DNA of 64,000 bases from Chiloscyllium plagiosum (Eukaryota): assembly GCF_004010195.1 (NCBI RefSeq), contig NC_057719.1:50519008-50583007 (forward strand), read 5' to 3'. The notes beneath the pieces were generated by a model that did not search any database, was not told the origin of the DNA, and saw only the letters and a list, made by a program, of their open reading frames with translations. The translations under genes and the position numbers were made by a program. Of this stretch, positions 25,161 through 38,003 are shown piece by piece (positions within the stretch are counted from its first letter, which is position 1; each line of letters starts with the position of its first letter).

Positions 25161-26466
25161 TACACCTTTTATTGTTGGCTACTGCCTTTCAACAAAGGCT
25201 TGAGTCTCCACAGTATTTGTGTTAATTTCTAAATAAGGTATAGCAAAGTAATCTTAGGATCATGTTAATTTCCATAGAAGTAAGTTCCTTTGAATCTGTT
25301 TAACTCTTTGAGTTCTTATCCTGGACTCAAGTCCTTGATTTTGTTATAGTCCCCAAGAAGGAAGAGTAAGGAAAAGTAACCAAATTTATCAAATGACCCC
25401 TGAAGGAGAAATTACCAAAAAGATTTCCACGTTTTGCATTTTCACAATCTGAATCAGCACAAATTGAAAATGAATTAGCAAATAAGTGATACTCCATATA
25501 AAAATGTAAATTCAACTTTAAATAACCAATACAGCAAAGGTAAATTTTATTCAGCCACAAGCACTGACAGCACTGAACAAATGTGGCACCACATATACAG
25601 TTCTATCATTTGCTCTTCTAAATTTACTTAGATATATCATGAGTCTCTTCTGCAAAATGTTTAATCCTTGAATTTATTTGGTACAATTAATATTAACAAG
25701 ACATATTTCCATAAATCCTTTCTCCTTTTAGTCATTATAGTCTGTTGGTATAGTATTCCAGAGTATCTTTTCAACAGACCGACCAATAACCCACACTTTC
25801 ATGGTTTGGCTCTGTACGTGAAAACACCAAGCAGTGTCTCCAAGCTCTTTGCATCTTGCCAGATTGTAGGCTATTTCAGCCAGCTTAGTTGTACATCCAA
25901 AATCTTCTGTCTCATTTTCTGCCAAAAGAAACACTGAGCAATTCCTGAGTGACTTGCTGTTTCTCTGCACCCAATTTGGTGTGTTCCTTTTTCTCCCTCT
26001 GTTTGATTTTCTATTTTTGTCCATCTGGGCCTTGATCTTCCAGATCCTCTACTTGTTGCTTTCTTTTTTGTCTGAGGCATTGTCAGCCACATGGTATCTG
26101 CTCATGACTTGGTACTTTTTCCAGGTCATCAGTCATATGGACCAGTATTTCTTACTATCCAAGAAAATTTTAATTCCTGTAAACTTTAAGTTTTCAGCCA
26201 TGATTGAAAACAATTACCAATTCCTTGGATATTTTAAAGAATGAAACATTTTACTCCGTCTACTCTTTCTAGGTCAAAGGTGCTACACATTCATTACTTA
26301 GTTCAATGGGGAATTTTGAATATCTTATGCCTTAGTTAGTTCATAAATTCGGGCAATCCTTCCATGCTTTACTTCATTCTTTCAGTGTATTTACTTTTAA
26401 AATTTGTGAACGTATCTTAAGAATTCCACTTCCTTTTAATTACCTGGTAGTAATTAACTTTTAATA

Positions 26467-26685
26467 CAGCTGGTTCTGCTATAATGTGTGTTTCTTCAAC
26501 ACAAATTGGCTATAATGCGATTGAATAACTTAGACCATTATTTGGAGAACATGACCTTTCCTAACCTGTATTGGCAATAATGCGATTCCGGTCCCATTGG
26601 TTTAAATGGCGCTGCTATAACATGATTTTCTTAGAACTGGGGATTGCTCAGGAACGGAACTATCGCATTATATCAAAACAGACTG
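26467..26685. mobile_element. Tigger/pogo-like MITE
   Basis: Imperfect TIRs CAGCTGGTTCTGCTATAATGTG / CGCATTATATCAAAACAGACTG; TA on the left; TIR resembles 55052-55267. Confidence 0.65.
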
Positions 26686-27229
26686 AGTATGCCAGAATTT
26701 TAGTTGCTGCCAAATTATTCCTTAGTCAGTAAAAATAGAAGTGTCATTTGCAAATCAACAGCTCCTTTAGTGCATAACTTGGTGATGCACTTAAGTGTCA
26801 ATATCTTAGACGTCTGTGATGTTTAAGAATATTTCATAGGTTTAGGATAAATCTTGTGTCCTACAAGAAAAAAAAGATGTGAAATGTGAGAGAATTTTCA
26901 AAGGAGGTTAAACTGCATAAATAGTTTCATTCATTAAATGACACTGTATGCACACTTGTGTCATATCTGCAATAAATGTTTACAGCTCAAGCAGCTTTGC
27001 TTCAGAATTTGCGAGCTGGAGGATGAAGTCTTGATACTATGATATGTAAGGGATGGGGAAAAACAGCTGAATATTTTGTACCAGGGTGTGGTTACCTTTC
27101 TGAGGATAGCATCTTCACCAGACTTGGTACTGTGTAATACAATAGGATGAATTATTGACCTCAGAATTAAGGCACACCAAGGGAGCAGTGACCATCCCTG
27201 ATTAAGTTTTACCATTAGTTTCAAAGAGA

Positions 27230-29150
27230 GACAAATAAGTCAACAATGAGTATTTTAAATTTAAGTAAGGGTAACTATGGGCATGAAAACTGAGCTATCT
27301 GAAGTGAAATAGGGTACCAAGGAAAGGGATAGATCAACTGAGACACAGTAGCAGATATTTAAGTCATTGTTTGGAATAATCAGAATGAGGGTGTTCCAAT
27401 TGTAAAGAAATTTCTTAAGGGAGTACTGACTATGGTTAACTAAAGAAGCCGTGGAAAAACATTAAACGTATGGGAAAAGTCTAAAATAACATAAATATAA
27501 GTTGCAAGTCTTCTGATTGGTCAGAATTTAAAGTATGGCAGATGCCAGGAAAAGAGAAGGAAGTAAAGTGAGTGTTGGTCACTCCAGAAAGTGAAAATTG
27601 GAGAATTCTGATTCTAAAGAAGAAACTGTAATGGTATGAGGTACGAGCTGGCCATGATGAACTGGAGAACATTTTAAAGGGACGACAGTGGATAAGCAAG
27701 TGCAAACATTTAGAGGTCATGGAGGACGTGGAATAGTTGTTCATTCCTGTCTGGCACAATGGGAAAGATGGCCTGACCATTGCTAACAAGGGAAATTAGG
27801 GATACTGTTCGATCCAAGGAAAGGGCATACAAATTGCCCAGCGTAGCTGAGGATTGGAGCTATTTAGATTTAGCCAAAGGAAGTCTAAAGGAAAATTAAA
27901 GTATGAAAGTAACATACTTCAACACAAGGGACATACAAATTGATTGTATCTGAAGAGAAAAAGTTAGTAAAGAGAAATGTAGGTTTCTTACAATCCGGAA
28001 CATCAGGAAGTGATAATGGGAAATAGAGAGATGAAAGACCAATTAAATGCATATTTTGTTCTGTTTTCACAAAGGAGGACACAAATAATGTCCCAAAAAT
28101 GTTGGGGGAACACATGGTCCAGTGAGAGAGAGGAACTGAAGGAAATCAGAATTAGTAGGAAAATGATGTCAGAGAAGTTGATGAGATTATAAAGCCATCA
28201 AATCCCAAGATCCTGATTGTTAAATACACTAGGCTGTAAACTATGTGACCCCAGAAATAGTGGATGCATTGGTGTGTGTCTTTTAAAATTCTGTGGATTC
28301 TGGAACCGTTCTTGAGGATTGGACGATAGGTAATGCAATCCCATTACTTTTTAAGAAAGAGGTAGAGAAAAAATAGGGAATTACAGATAGGTTATCTTGA
28401 CATTGGTAGAAGGAAAAATGCAAGAGTCTGTAATAAAAGATTTAATAGCAAAGTGCTTGGAAAATGGTGACAGTATTGGATGGAGTTGGTACAGATTTAT
28501 GAAAGGGAAATCATGTTTGACAAATCTCTTGGAATGTTTTGGGGACGTAACTAGTACATTGATAAGGGGGAGCCAGTGGATGTGGTTTACTTGGGCTTTG
28601 AGAGGCTTTTGATGTCCCAAATATGAGACTAGCATGTAAAATTAAAAAGCTTAGGATTGGAGATAGTGTGCTGACATGGATAGAGAACTGATTGGCAGAC
28701 AGAAAACAAGATTAGAATAAATGGGTTATTTTCGTAGTGGTAGGCAATGATTAGTGGATTACTGCAGGGATCAGTGAGGCTAAATACAATATTTCCAATT
28801 TTGCAGATGACACCAAGCTGGAGTAGGAGAGTAAACTGTGAAAAGGATGCAGAGTAAAGTAAGAGTTCATCATGTAGCAGGGTCACAAATTAACATGGAT
28901 GGAACATTGGCTCATGGGCAAAAAAACCCAGCATTTATAAATAGGTCTTTTGTTAAATGAGGGAAGCAAAGGCATGGTAGCTAAATGTGCAGATGAGAAA
29001 AAAATAGCTAAGAAAATATGTTGTAAAGAGAAAATAAGAATAAAGAAGGATATAAATAAGTTCAGTGGATGTGCATTAATCTTGCAGATGGAGTACAATG
29101 TGGAGAAATGTGAAATTGTCCACTTTGGCAGGACGAATTTTAAAAAGTGA
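27230..29150 (+). mobile_element. Old CR1 ORF2 fragments (composite)
   Basis: 'IMGNREMKDQLNAYF', 'FMKGKSCLTNLLECF' and 'QMEYNVEKCEIVHFGR'. Confidence 0.85.
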
Positions 29151-29639
29151 TGTGTCAAATCGTATTTCTTTTTGGCTAGGTCGGAATTTTTTTGAGGAAT
29201 TAATCAGTCATGCCTGTTAACTATCTACCCTGACCCTATAGCATCCCTCGCATCTGCTGCAGCCCCAACTGACCACTCACTGTCCCAGACCAACTCAGAA
29301 CTCACTAGATACCCTGAATTTCCCAGCATCCCTTGTGCCCACACTATGATGTGCACCTGGGTAAACACTGTCAGTGGAGCTGCCTTGTATGGTTTCTGGT
29401 TTTTGCTTTGGACATGGCGGACAGCAGGGAATTGGCATCATGGTGGAAACCTGGAGGTCCTGGATGGGATGGTACATTAAAATTGAATTTCAATTCCAAG
29501 TATATGCATTCATTTTTAAAAATATTTAACTCTAAGGATAAAAACAGTAGACTGTAATTCAGAATACATGGTGCAAAACAAGAAAAATTGTGCAGGAAGC
29601 GAGTTGTTGCCTTAGAAATTTGTGCCCATCATTCCAGAA

Positions 29640-30235
29640 ACTCCATGTTGAATTCCTCCAAAAATGTATCTGTTCTTGTCATGTGACTGAGATAGTTGTT
29701 ATTAAAGTCACAAATGATATCTTATGTGACGATGATAAAGGTAAACTTTCCCTCCTCATCCTATTTTACTTGCAACTTTTAAAATAGTTTGTCACATCGG
29801 CTTTCTTCCATGCCTGTTGCAACTGTCATCCAGTTTGATGGCATTCTCCCTCAGCTGGTTCCCATGGATAATCTATAGACAAAATATCACTTGCAGTGCG
29901 TTTTCTTGCTACTCCTGGACCATTACCTCTGTTGTTTCCCATGACTTATTCCTTCCTGTTTCCTAACCACAGCTACCTATAAGTGAAATCAGACAAAAGC
30001 CAAGCCTTAATTTTCATATGTACAATGATAACACCCACCCCTGCTTCACACTACCTTTCTTGACAACTTCTTTGGAACTAAGTTTTCAGACCGCTTCTCC
30101 AACATTCAGTACTCAATAAGGAAAGCTTCAGTTCAATATTGACAGCGCTGAAATCATTGATTTTGGTCTCTATTCCAAACCCTATTCCTTTGCCATCCAT
30201 CCTTCGCAATTCATCCTTCCATCCTTGGCAACTAT
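29640..30235 (+). mobile_element. L2 LINE RT fragment (continues at about 34440-35060)
   Basis: 'TEIVVIKVTNDILCDDDKGKLSLLIL' matches the L2 STETAL.KV.ND motif; a YADDT-like remnant 'atgtacaatgataacaccc' at about 30018. Confidence 0.75.
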
Positions 30236-31214
30236 TGTGACCTTTTTCAAATTCAATCACAGGATGAGAGTGTCGCTGGCTAGACCAGCATTTCTTGCCC
30301 ATCTCTAATTGCTCAGGATAGTTGAGAGTCAACAACATTAGCGAGTTTTGAGAAGATTTATAGCTCAGGTTGAGGTTTTGGATATACGTTTGCTCGCTGA
30401 GCTTGGAGCTAAAACTGGCCCGAAAATGGGAAACGAATGTCATCCGACTGGGTGCCACCTGCGATCAGCTGGAGATCCTGCACGAATGCCATAAGAAACA
30501 GGTACTACCTAAAAGTCTTCAATACAAACCTCCCCTTAACACCCCACTCGAGCAAAACGGCCGCAAAATGCTTAGAGAAATGATTAATGATGCCCACAAC
30601 AGACTCCGTAAATACAACCGGGAAATTTTGCATCAAAAATCTTTACTCAGTCATGCAACTGACCATGAATTGACAGACACAGTTCAACAAGCCATAGATA
30701 TTAGACGACAACAAACACAGAAAATGAAAAAACTAGACTAACTTACACAAAGTAACAACAATGACAACACAGAAGCATGGATTAAAAACTTATCTGACCG
30801 ACCCTTAACAGACACTGAAAAAGCCGTCTTAGTAAGAGAATTAAATTACAACTACCAGGATGCGGACAAGAAAGATTTCTTAGCAGCATTAGAAACGACA
30901 CTAAAAGACAATCAACTCGCAGAAGAAACCCAACAAACCATCAGACAGGTAGTCTCACCAACATTAAGGAGAAAAAAGGAAGGAAACACACTCAATACAC
31001 AAGAAAGGAAAGCACTGGAAAGACATAAAAAAGATAAAAACATTGTTATCCTACCTGCAGACAAAGGACGCTTGACAGTCATTCAAAATCGAAGGGACTA
31101 CTTACAGATACCAACACTTACCAACAAGTGGCGATAGACCCGACCCCACAACTAGAGAACTGAATCACAGCCCTACTCAAAAAAACTTCAGCAATCTGGA
31201 GAAGTAAATATATA

Positions 31215-32567
31215 TTAAGGACAAAAGGGTAATTAGGAAGAGAATAGGGCCCCTCAAAGATCAGCAAAGCAGCCTTTGTGTGGAGCCACAGAAAATGGGG
31301 GAGATACTAAATGAATATTTTGCATCAGTATTTACTGTGGAAAAAGATATGGAAGGTATAGACTGTAGGGAAATAAATGGTGACATCTGCAAAATGTCCA
31401 GATTACAGAGGAGGAAGTGCTGGATGTCTTGAAGCGGTTAAAGGTGGATAAATCCCCAGGCCCTGATCAGGTGTACCCGAGAACTCTGGGAAGCTAGAGA
31501 AGTGATTGCTGGGCTTCTTGTTGAGATATTTGTATCATCGATAGTCACAGGTGAGGTGTCAGAAGACTGGAGGTTGACAAACGTGGTGCCACTGTTTAAG
31601 AAGGGCGGTAAAGACAAGCCAGGGAACTATAGACCGGTGAGCCTGNNNNNNNNNNNNNNNNNNNNNNNNNNNNNNNNNNNNNNNNNNNNNNNNNNNNNNN
31701 NNNNNNNNNNNNNNNNNNNNNNNNNNNNNNNNNNNNNNNNNNNNNNNNNNNNNNNNNNNNNNNNNNNNNNNNNNNNNNNNNNNNNNNNNNNNNNNNNNNN
31801 NNNNTGCTGCATTTTGGGAAAGCAAATCTTAGCAGGATTTATACACTTAATGTTAAGGTCCTAGGGAGTGTTGCTGAATAAAGAGACCTTGGAGTGCAGG
31901 TTCATAGCTCCTTGAAAGTGGAGTCGCAGGTAGACAAGATAGTGAGGAAGGTGTTTGGTATGCTTTCCTTTATTGGTCGAGAGTATTGAGTACAGGAGTT
32001 GGGAGGTCATGTTGCGGCTGTACAGGACATTGGTTAGGCCACTGTTGAAATATTGCGTGCAATTTTGGTCTCCTTCCTATCGGAAAGATGTTGTGAAACT
32101 TGAAAGGGTTCAGAAAGGATTTACAAGGATGTAGCCAGGGTTGGAGGATCTGAGCTACAGTGAGAGGCTGAACAGGCTGGGGCTGTTTTCCCTGGAGGGT
32201 CGGAGGCTGAGGGCTGACCTTATAGAGGTTTACAAAATTGAGGGGCATGGATAGGATAAATAGGCAAAGTCTTTTCCCTGGGATCGGGGAGTCCAGGGTG
32301 AGAGGGGAAAGATATAAAAGAGACCTAAGGGGCAACTTTTTCACACACAGGGTGGTCCGTGTATGGAATGAGCTGCCAGAGGAAGTGGTGGAGGCTGGTA
32401 CAGTTGCAACATTTAAGAGGCATTTGGATGGGTATATGAATAGGGAGGGTTTGGAGGGATTTGGGCCGGGTACTGGCAGGTGGGATTAGATTGGGTTGGG
32501 ATATCTGGTCACCATGGACGTGTTGGACTGAAGGGTCTGTTTCCATGCTGTCCATCTCTATGACTCT
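31215..32567 (+). mobile_element. Young CR1 inserted in the Penelope ORF (contains assembly gap)
   Basis: 'LFKKGGKDKPGNYRPVSL', a complete 3' UTR ending 'ctctatgactcta'; Penelope RT resumes immediately after. Confidence 0.95.
31646..31804. other. Assembly gap (159 N)
   Basis: Run of N inside a CR1 copy. Confidence 1.
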
Positions 32568-34112
32568 AAGACTGACTTCAAAGAAATGAAACCAGACGAT
32601 CCAACACACCACGCTTCTACGGATTACCCAAAATTCACAAACCAGGAGCCCCCCCTCAGACCCATAGTCTCGCTACCTGGAAGACCAACTTACAGATTGG
32701 CCAAGGAGCTACATGAAAGACTAAAACACTTAGCAGAAGGCTCACGCCACTCCATCCACTCCGCCCAAGAATTCCTGAATACCATCAAAGACACTAAGAT
32801 AGAAGAGGATGAAATAATGGTCTCCTTTGATGTAACAGGCCTGTTTACTTCAATCAACATTAACCTGGCCAAGGAAACACTGACTACACTATTAGAAGAC
32901 CCAAAGACACACATCACCAAACACCACTAACTTCATCAACAAGTACAGTATCATCAACCTAATGGACCTATGCCTTACCATCCACTTCACCTTCAACATC
33001 AAAACCTGCAGACAAACCAATGGAACACCCATGGGATCTCCGATATCAGGGTTCTTAGCAGAGGCAGTAATGCAGAGACTTGAGTAAACCGCTCTGCCAA
33101 CCATCCAGCCCAAGCTCTGGGTCCGCTATGTGGATGATATCTTTGTCATCACTAAACGAAACAAGTTAAAGGAAACCTTCAAGCCCATCAATAATACCCT
33201 TACTGGCATAAAATTCACCAGAGGAGGAAAACAACAACAACCTGCCATTTCTAGATGTCACAGTAGAGCGAACAGCCAATGGGGAACTTCAAACCAGCGT
33301 CTACAGAAAAACAACACGTACAGATCAAATATTGAACTACAGAAGCAATCATCCATCCCAACACCCACAAATGAAGCTGCATCAGAACATTATTTCAACT
33401 TCAACACACTGCAGCACAGAGGAACTACGCAGAGCAGAGGAAAATCACCTATACCATGTCCTCAAAAAGAATGTGTACCCAATGAACACAGTCTGCCGAT
33501 TTCTCAGCAACAAACCCAAACAAAACACGTCCAGAAACCCTAGCCACTCTCCCCTAAATCAAAGACTTCTCAGAAATGACTGCCAGACTACTCCGACCCC
33601 TTGGTATCATGGTAGCCCATAAACCCACCAATACACTAAAACAGCAGCTAATGAATTTGAACGACCCTGTACAGACAAGAAGCAAAACTAACGTCATTTA
33701 CAAAATACCGTTCAAGGACTGTACCAAACACTACATTGGACAAACAGGCAGAAAACTAGCCACCAGGATACATGAACACCAACGAGCCACAAAAAGATCT
33801 GACCCTCTCTCACTAATAACCTCACATATATAGATGAGGAAGGACACCACTTCGACTGGGACAACACATCCATCCTCGGACAAGCCAAACAAAGACACGC
33901 ACGAGAATTCCTAGAAGCATGACATTTCAACCAGAACTCTATCAACAAACACATCGAGTTAGACTCCATTTACAAACCCCTGAGAAAAGGAACAGGAAGT
34001 GACTTCACCACAGGAAATGACATCACCAACCCAAAGAAAACATCACCAACCCAAAGAAACCCAAACATATAAACAGAAAGCAGGAATTTTCAGCATTGCT
34101 TTGCATGTGGCA

Positions 34113-34150
34113 CACCGAAGATGTTACCTAGTAAGGTAACGAAACGTCTG
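34113..34150 (+). ncRNA. Minimal type I hammerhead ribozyme motif in the Penelope 3' terminal repeat (core variant CCGAAGA)
   Basis: CA-CCGAAGA-T-GTTACC(TAGTAA)GGTAAC-GAAA-CGTC-TG; perfect 6-bp stem II and palindromic ACGT stem III. Confidence 0.75.
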
Positions 34151-34439
34151 GAAATGAACCTCCAACCTCAGCGAGCAAACTTGCATCCAAAAGTCAACGA
34201 CATTGCTGTGGGTCTGGAGTCACATGTAGGCCAGACGAGGCAAAGATTGCAGTTTCTGTCCCTAAAGGACATTAGGATAACCAGATGTGTTTTTCTGACA
34301 ATCGACAATGGACTCATGGTCGTCGTTAGACTCTTAATTACAGGATTTGTAACTGGGTCCCCAGAGCATTAGCTAAAGTTTTGGATTAACAGATCAGTGA
34401 TAATTCCACAATGCTGTTGTCTCCCTTTTTGTGTCATAT

Positions 34440-35070
34440 TTGTCCCTTAACTGAGCTTCTGACCACGTAACGGAACCACCTGTTTCCATATCCATGACAT
34501 CACTTAATCTCTACCTGTGTAGAGATCTGCTCATCTGCTGCTGAAACCGTTGTCAATATCTCTAGACTTGACTTATTTCAGTGCACTGCTAGCTGGCTTC
34601 TCATATTCTATATATCATAAATTTGAGAATACTAAAAACTCTCTCCTTGTCCTAAGTTGCACCAGTCCAGTTCACCTTTCACACCTATTGTTGCCAACCT
34701 TGATTGCTGCTCGTCAAGTACTGGTTATATTTTAAGATTCTAATCCTTGTTTTCATTTCCTTCAATGACCTCACTCTCCCTACATCTATAGTCTCCCAAC
34801 AGCTCCACAATGTGCTGAGATATCTGTGCTCAAGTAATTCTGGCCTCCTTGATCATCTCTATTGTTATCGTTTTATCATTGGTGGCTTCTATCATTCTTC
34901 TTCCTTCCCATCAAAAAGTCCTGAAATTCCAGCTGTTTAATCCAGATTTTAGCAATCTGTTGAAATATTTGATGTGGCTTGGTGTTAGATTTTGCTTTAT
35001 AATGCTTTTGTGAATTGTATGGAGATCCCTTATGGCACACACTGTCAGTAATCTAATCTAATTAAAGGTG
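34440..35070 (+). mobile_element. L2 LINE 3' fragment
   Basis: 'ctagacttgacttatttcagtgcact' (RLDY.N motif) and 'ttaagattctaatccttgttttca' (FKIL.LVF). Confidence 0.65.
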
Positions 35071-35254
35071 CTATTGAGAATCAGAGGGTGGCAATAGAAC
35101 CTATCAGTTTAAACGTGTTGTGATCCATTGTATAGTGCACGCCAGTTTCTGCATGTTATAATACAGAATACATTTTGAGTCACTTAGAAATACATGGTCG
35201 CAGTAAAGTCAGTGAATACTACTTATAAAAAGCAAGTTGAATCAGACAAATTTA

Positions 35255-35355
35255 AAGTCAAAAACAGAAATTTCTGAAAAGCTCAGCAGGTTTGGTAGCA
35301 TCTGTGGCGAGAAATAAGAGTTAACATTTTGGGTCTAGTAACCCTTCCTCAGAAC
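35255..35355 (-). mobile_element. Short hammerhead-family retroelement
   Basis: Reverse complement GTT-CTGAGGA-AGGGTT acta GACCC-aAAA-tGTT-AAC (CpG-decayed), then the shared body. Confidence 0.8.
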
Positions 35356-35809
35356 ATGGACTTGAGGTCCATGTAGTCCACATAGCAACCAACAATGTGT
35401 GTGGAATTGTGAAATAGGCTCTATGGAACAGAGTTGGAGGAACTGCAAATGTAAATAAGTAGGATCTGAAAAGTAATTATCCCTGTATGCTAGTTGAGCC
35501 ACATGCAAATTGGCAGTGGAATGAATAAATTTGAAAAGTTAACAAATCGCTCAAATATTGAGGAAAAATGGGGTTTCGGTTCATGGGCTGCTGAGGGCAG
35601 TACTTCGGAAAATGGGAGCTGTTCCGCTGGGACAGTCTTCACTTAAACTGGGTGGTGATCTCAATCTTGAAGAATTTCATAAGTAGTTTTAATCTAAAGC
35701 AATGAATCTAAATCTAAATCTAAAGTTAAGTGAAGGGAAATTACTAATCTTAGAGTAAAATCAAGGTCATATACTAATGTAGTGATAAGTTTCAAATTAA
35801 TTTCAAAGC

Positions 35810-36052
35810 TGCTAATGATGAAAGTTCATAGACTGCTTTTTCTGCAGATGTTACTTGACCTGCTGAGTATTTTCAGCAATTTTCTTTTCATTTTAGATTT
35901 CCAAAGTCCACAGTTTTTTGCTTTTAACGTGATAGACGATCTAACAACATGAATAGATTTTTGAAAATGCTGGAAATACTCAATAGTTCTGGTCATCAGT
36001 AAACAGAGAAAATCATTAACTTTTAGGTCACTGGCCTATTTTATCAGAACTA
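35810..36052. mobile_element. Two old hammerhead-family copies, tail-to-tail (+ 35810-35925; - 35962-36052)
   Basis: 'cagatgttacttgacctgctgagtattttcagca' and 'aaatgctggaaatactca...ttttatcagaact'. Confidence 0.55.
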
Positions 36053-36653
36053 CCAAAATTTTCAGGCTTTATTTCATATCTTTAACATCAATATTTTGAT
36101 CGGTAACCATTAAAGAGAGGTGACCATGTTGGGAAACAAATATTCTGTGGAACTTTCATATTGAAATGAAAGATTGGGGAAAAAAATGGGTGAGGACGCC
36201 CCCGAATTTCAAAGCCATCTTTTGTCTCATGTCCTTCAGTATATTAATTTGACTGCAAATGTTTTGCGGCATCAGCTGTTATCTCCGCAGTGTTACGTCT
36301 TTGATGTGAATCTACAAGATTAAGCTTCCTAACACAAAAATGTGTTCCTTTGACTCTGTGACATTGGTGGCCTTGCTTTTGGTTTCCAAGACACTAAGCT
36401 CTAAAAATCCCTCCTTAAACCCTCTGAATCTTCTGCCTCTCTTTCCTCCTCTAGGATATTCCTTAGAACCTAACTTGGTGGAAATCCAAGATCGCGGCGA
36501 CCCAGTAGGCCTGAATCTGCAGTGCTCTGCCTAAGACTTGGGCAAAGTGGGGCGCCCACCTTCACTTCACCTTTTAAATGATTCAGGATAGCTTTTGCCC
36601 AGCAAACTTAGTCATTTCACATCAAACTTTAGCAGTTTGATGGTTTTTAAAAA

Positions 36654-37340
36654 ATGACTAATGGCAAAAACTCCCGCAACTCGCAACAGGCAGGGATCCC
36701 TCCCCCACCCCCTCCCACAGCAGCAGGGATGTCCACGGCAGAAGCATGACCAAGAGATCGAAAAACTCGAGCAGCGCGTCGGAGGGGCGGAGCAACAGGC
36801 CACAGCCTCAGAGACTTCTCCCGAGTCATCGTGGGTCGGGTCTGGGCTCTGGAGTGACAGGTCCGGATCCTGGAGGAGCATATCAACGACGTCAAGAATC
36901 GAGGTCGTCGGAAAAATATTCGGTTGCTGGGCCTTCCCGAATGGGAAGAGGAAAGCCACCTTGTGGATTTCTTGGAGCGATGGCTCCCACAATTATTGAA
37001 GTTGGAGTTGGAGCTGGGCTGGGTGTGGTTGGAGCGGGCCCACTGGGTTGCTGTGTGCAGGCCCGTGTCGGACAAGCGCCCCTGCCTGTTCTAATCCGAC
37101 TTCAGTGTTATAAAGAAAAACAAATGCTCCTAGAAGGATCCCCAGGCCATGATGTACAAGGGCTCAAAGATAATGCTATTTCAGGACTTCTCTCCAGTTG
37201 TGGTCTGTAAGAGGAGAGCATTTGATGAGGCAAAGAAGCGTCTGAGAGACTTAAATATTCAATACTCCATGCGATATCCGGCAACGCTACGCTTCAGTCA
37301 TGGAGGATCGTATATAACTTTGGATCACCGGAGAAAGTAA
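36654..37340 (+). pseudogene. L1 ORF1p remnant
   Basis: 'QEIEKLEQRVGGAEQ', 'NRGRRKNIRLLGLPE' and 'LFQDFSPVVVCKRRAFDEAKKRL...YSMRYPATLR'; frameshifted. Confidence 0.88.
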
Positions 37341-38003
37341 AAGAATTCTTGGACTTTTTCAAAGAGACTGCAGGACTTGAAACGTATGGATAACGACTTT
37401 ATTTTGCCACCCCTTTGTTTACCCTTCTTTCTTTCTCCATCTTTTAATCATCTTTCCCTGGGGAGGCTTGTTCTTTACTCTTTCTTTGGTCTCCTTTTTA
37501 TAGCTCCTGCGGCTTATCTGATTTGTGGGGGAGGTTTTTCTAGAGCAGAGTTTTTTTTCTTCTTATTTAGTTGCATAATACTTGCTGAGATTGTAATTTT
37601 GTAATTTTTTGTTTTTGTATTTTGTATTGCTTTTATTAAACATACCCAGGTGTTGGTGTGGCGGTGGGGGGGATGGTGAGGGGTGGGTCACTCACTTTTA
37701 ACTCCTGTTTTATAAGTCACTTGAATTTATTCACTCCATTTTGTAATGCCTGGGCCGAGGGCAGGGCCCTAGCTGGGAGAGGTCATGGTGGGTTTACTGA
37801 TAGGTAGTTATGCCCCCTGGGAGCAAGGAGGAAAGTCTCCTTTCAAATATGTTTTCCATTTTTACATTTAGGAGCAGTTCTTAATTGTGTTGATTTAAAA
37901 GTTTTAAAGAGTTTTTTTATTTGTGAATGTTCTATGGTCTTTATTCAATGTCTTTTGGGTAGGGTTCTTCCTCCTGGGGGGTCTCGGGCTTGCCTGGACA
38001 ATC

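Larger units (their letters stand above)
30340..34191 (+). mobile_element. Penelope-like element (RT + GIY-YIG), decayed, with inverted 5' terminal repeat and TSD
   Basis: 'WIKNLSDRPLT', 'ILPADKG', 'PLRPIVS', 'MVSFDVT', 'GTPMGSPIS', 'RYVDDIF' and GIY-YIG 'NVIYKIPFKDCTKHYIGQTGRKLATRIHEH'. TSD AGTCAAC(A/G)ACATT at 30327-30339 and 34192-34204. Confidence 0.95.
30243..34425 (-). mobile_element. tRNA-headed SINE (30243-30339 plus 34192-34425) split by the Penelope insertion
   Basis: The two halves join across the 13-bp TSD; tRNA-like head at 34345-34425 (-); tail matches the LINE tails at 5842 and 22582. Confidence 0.7.

Noticed and set aside
31502..31864. ORFs containing X runs
   Set aside because: Artefacts of the N gap at 31646-31804.
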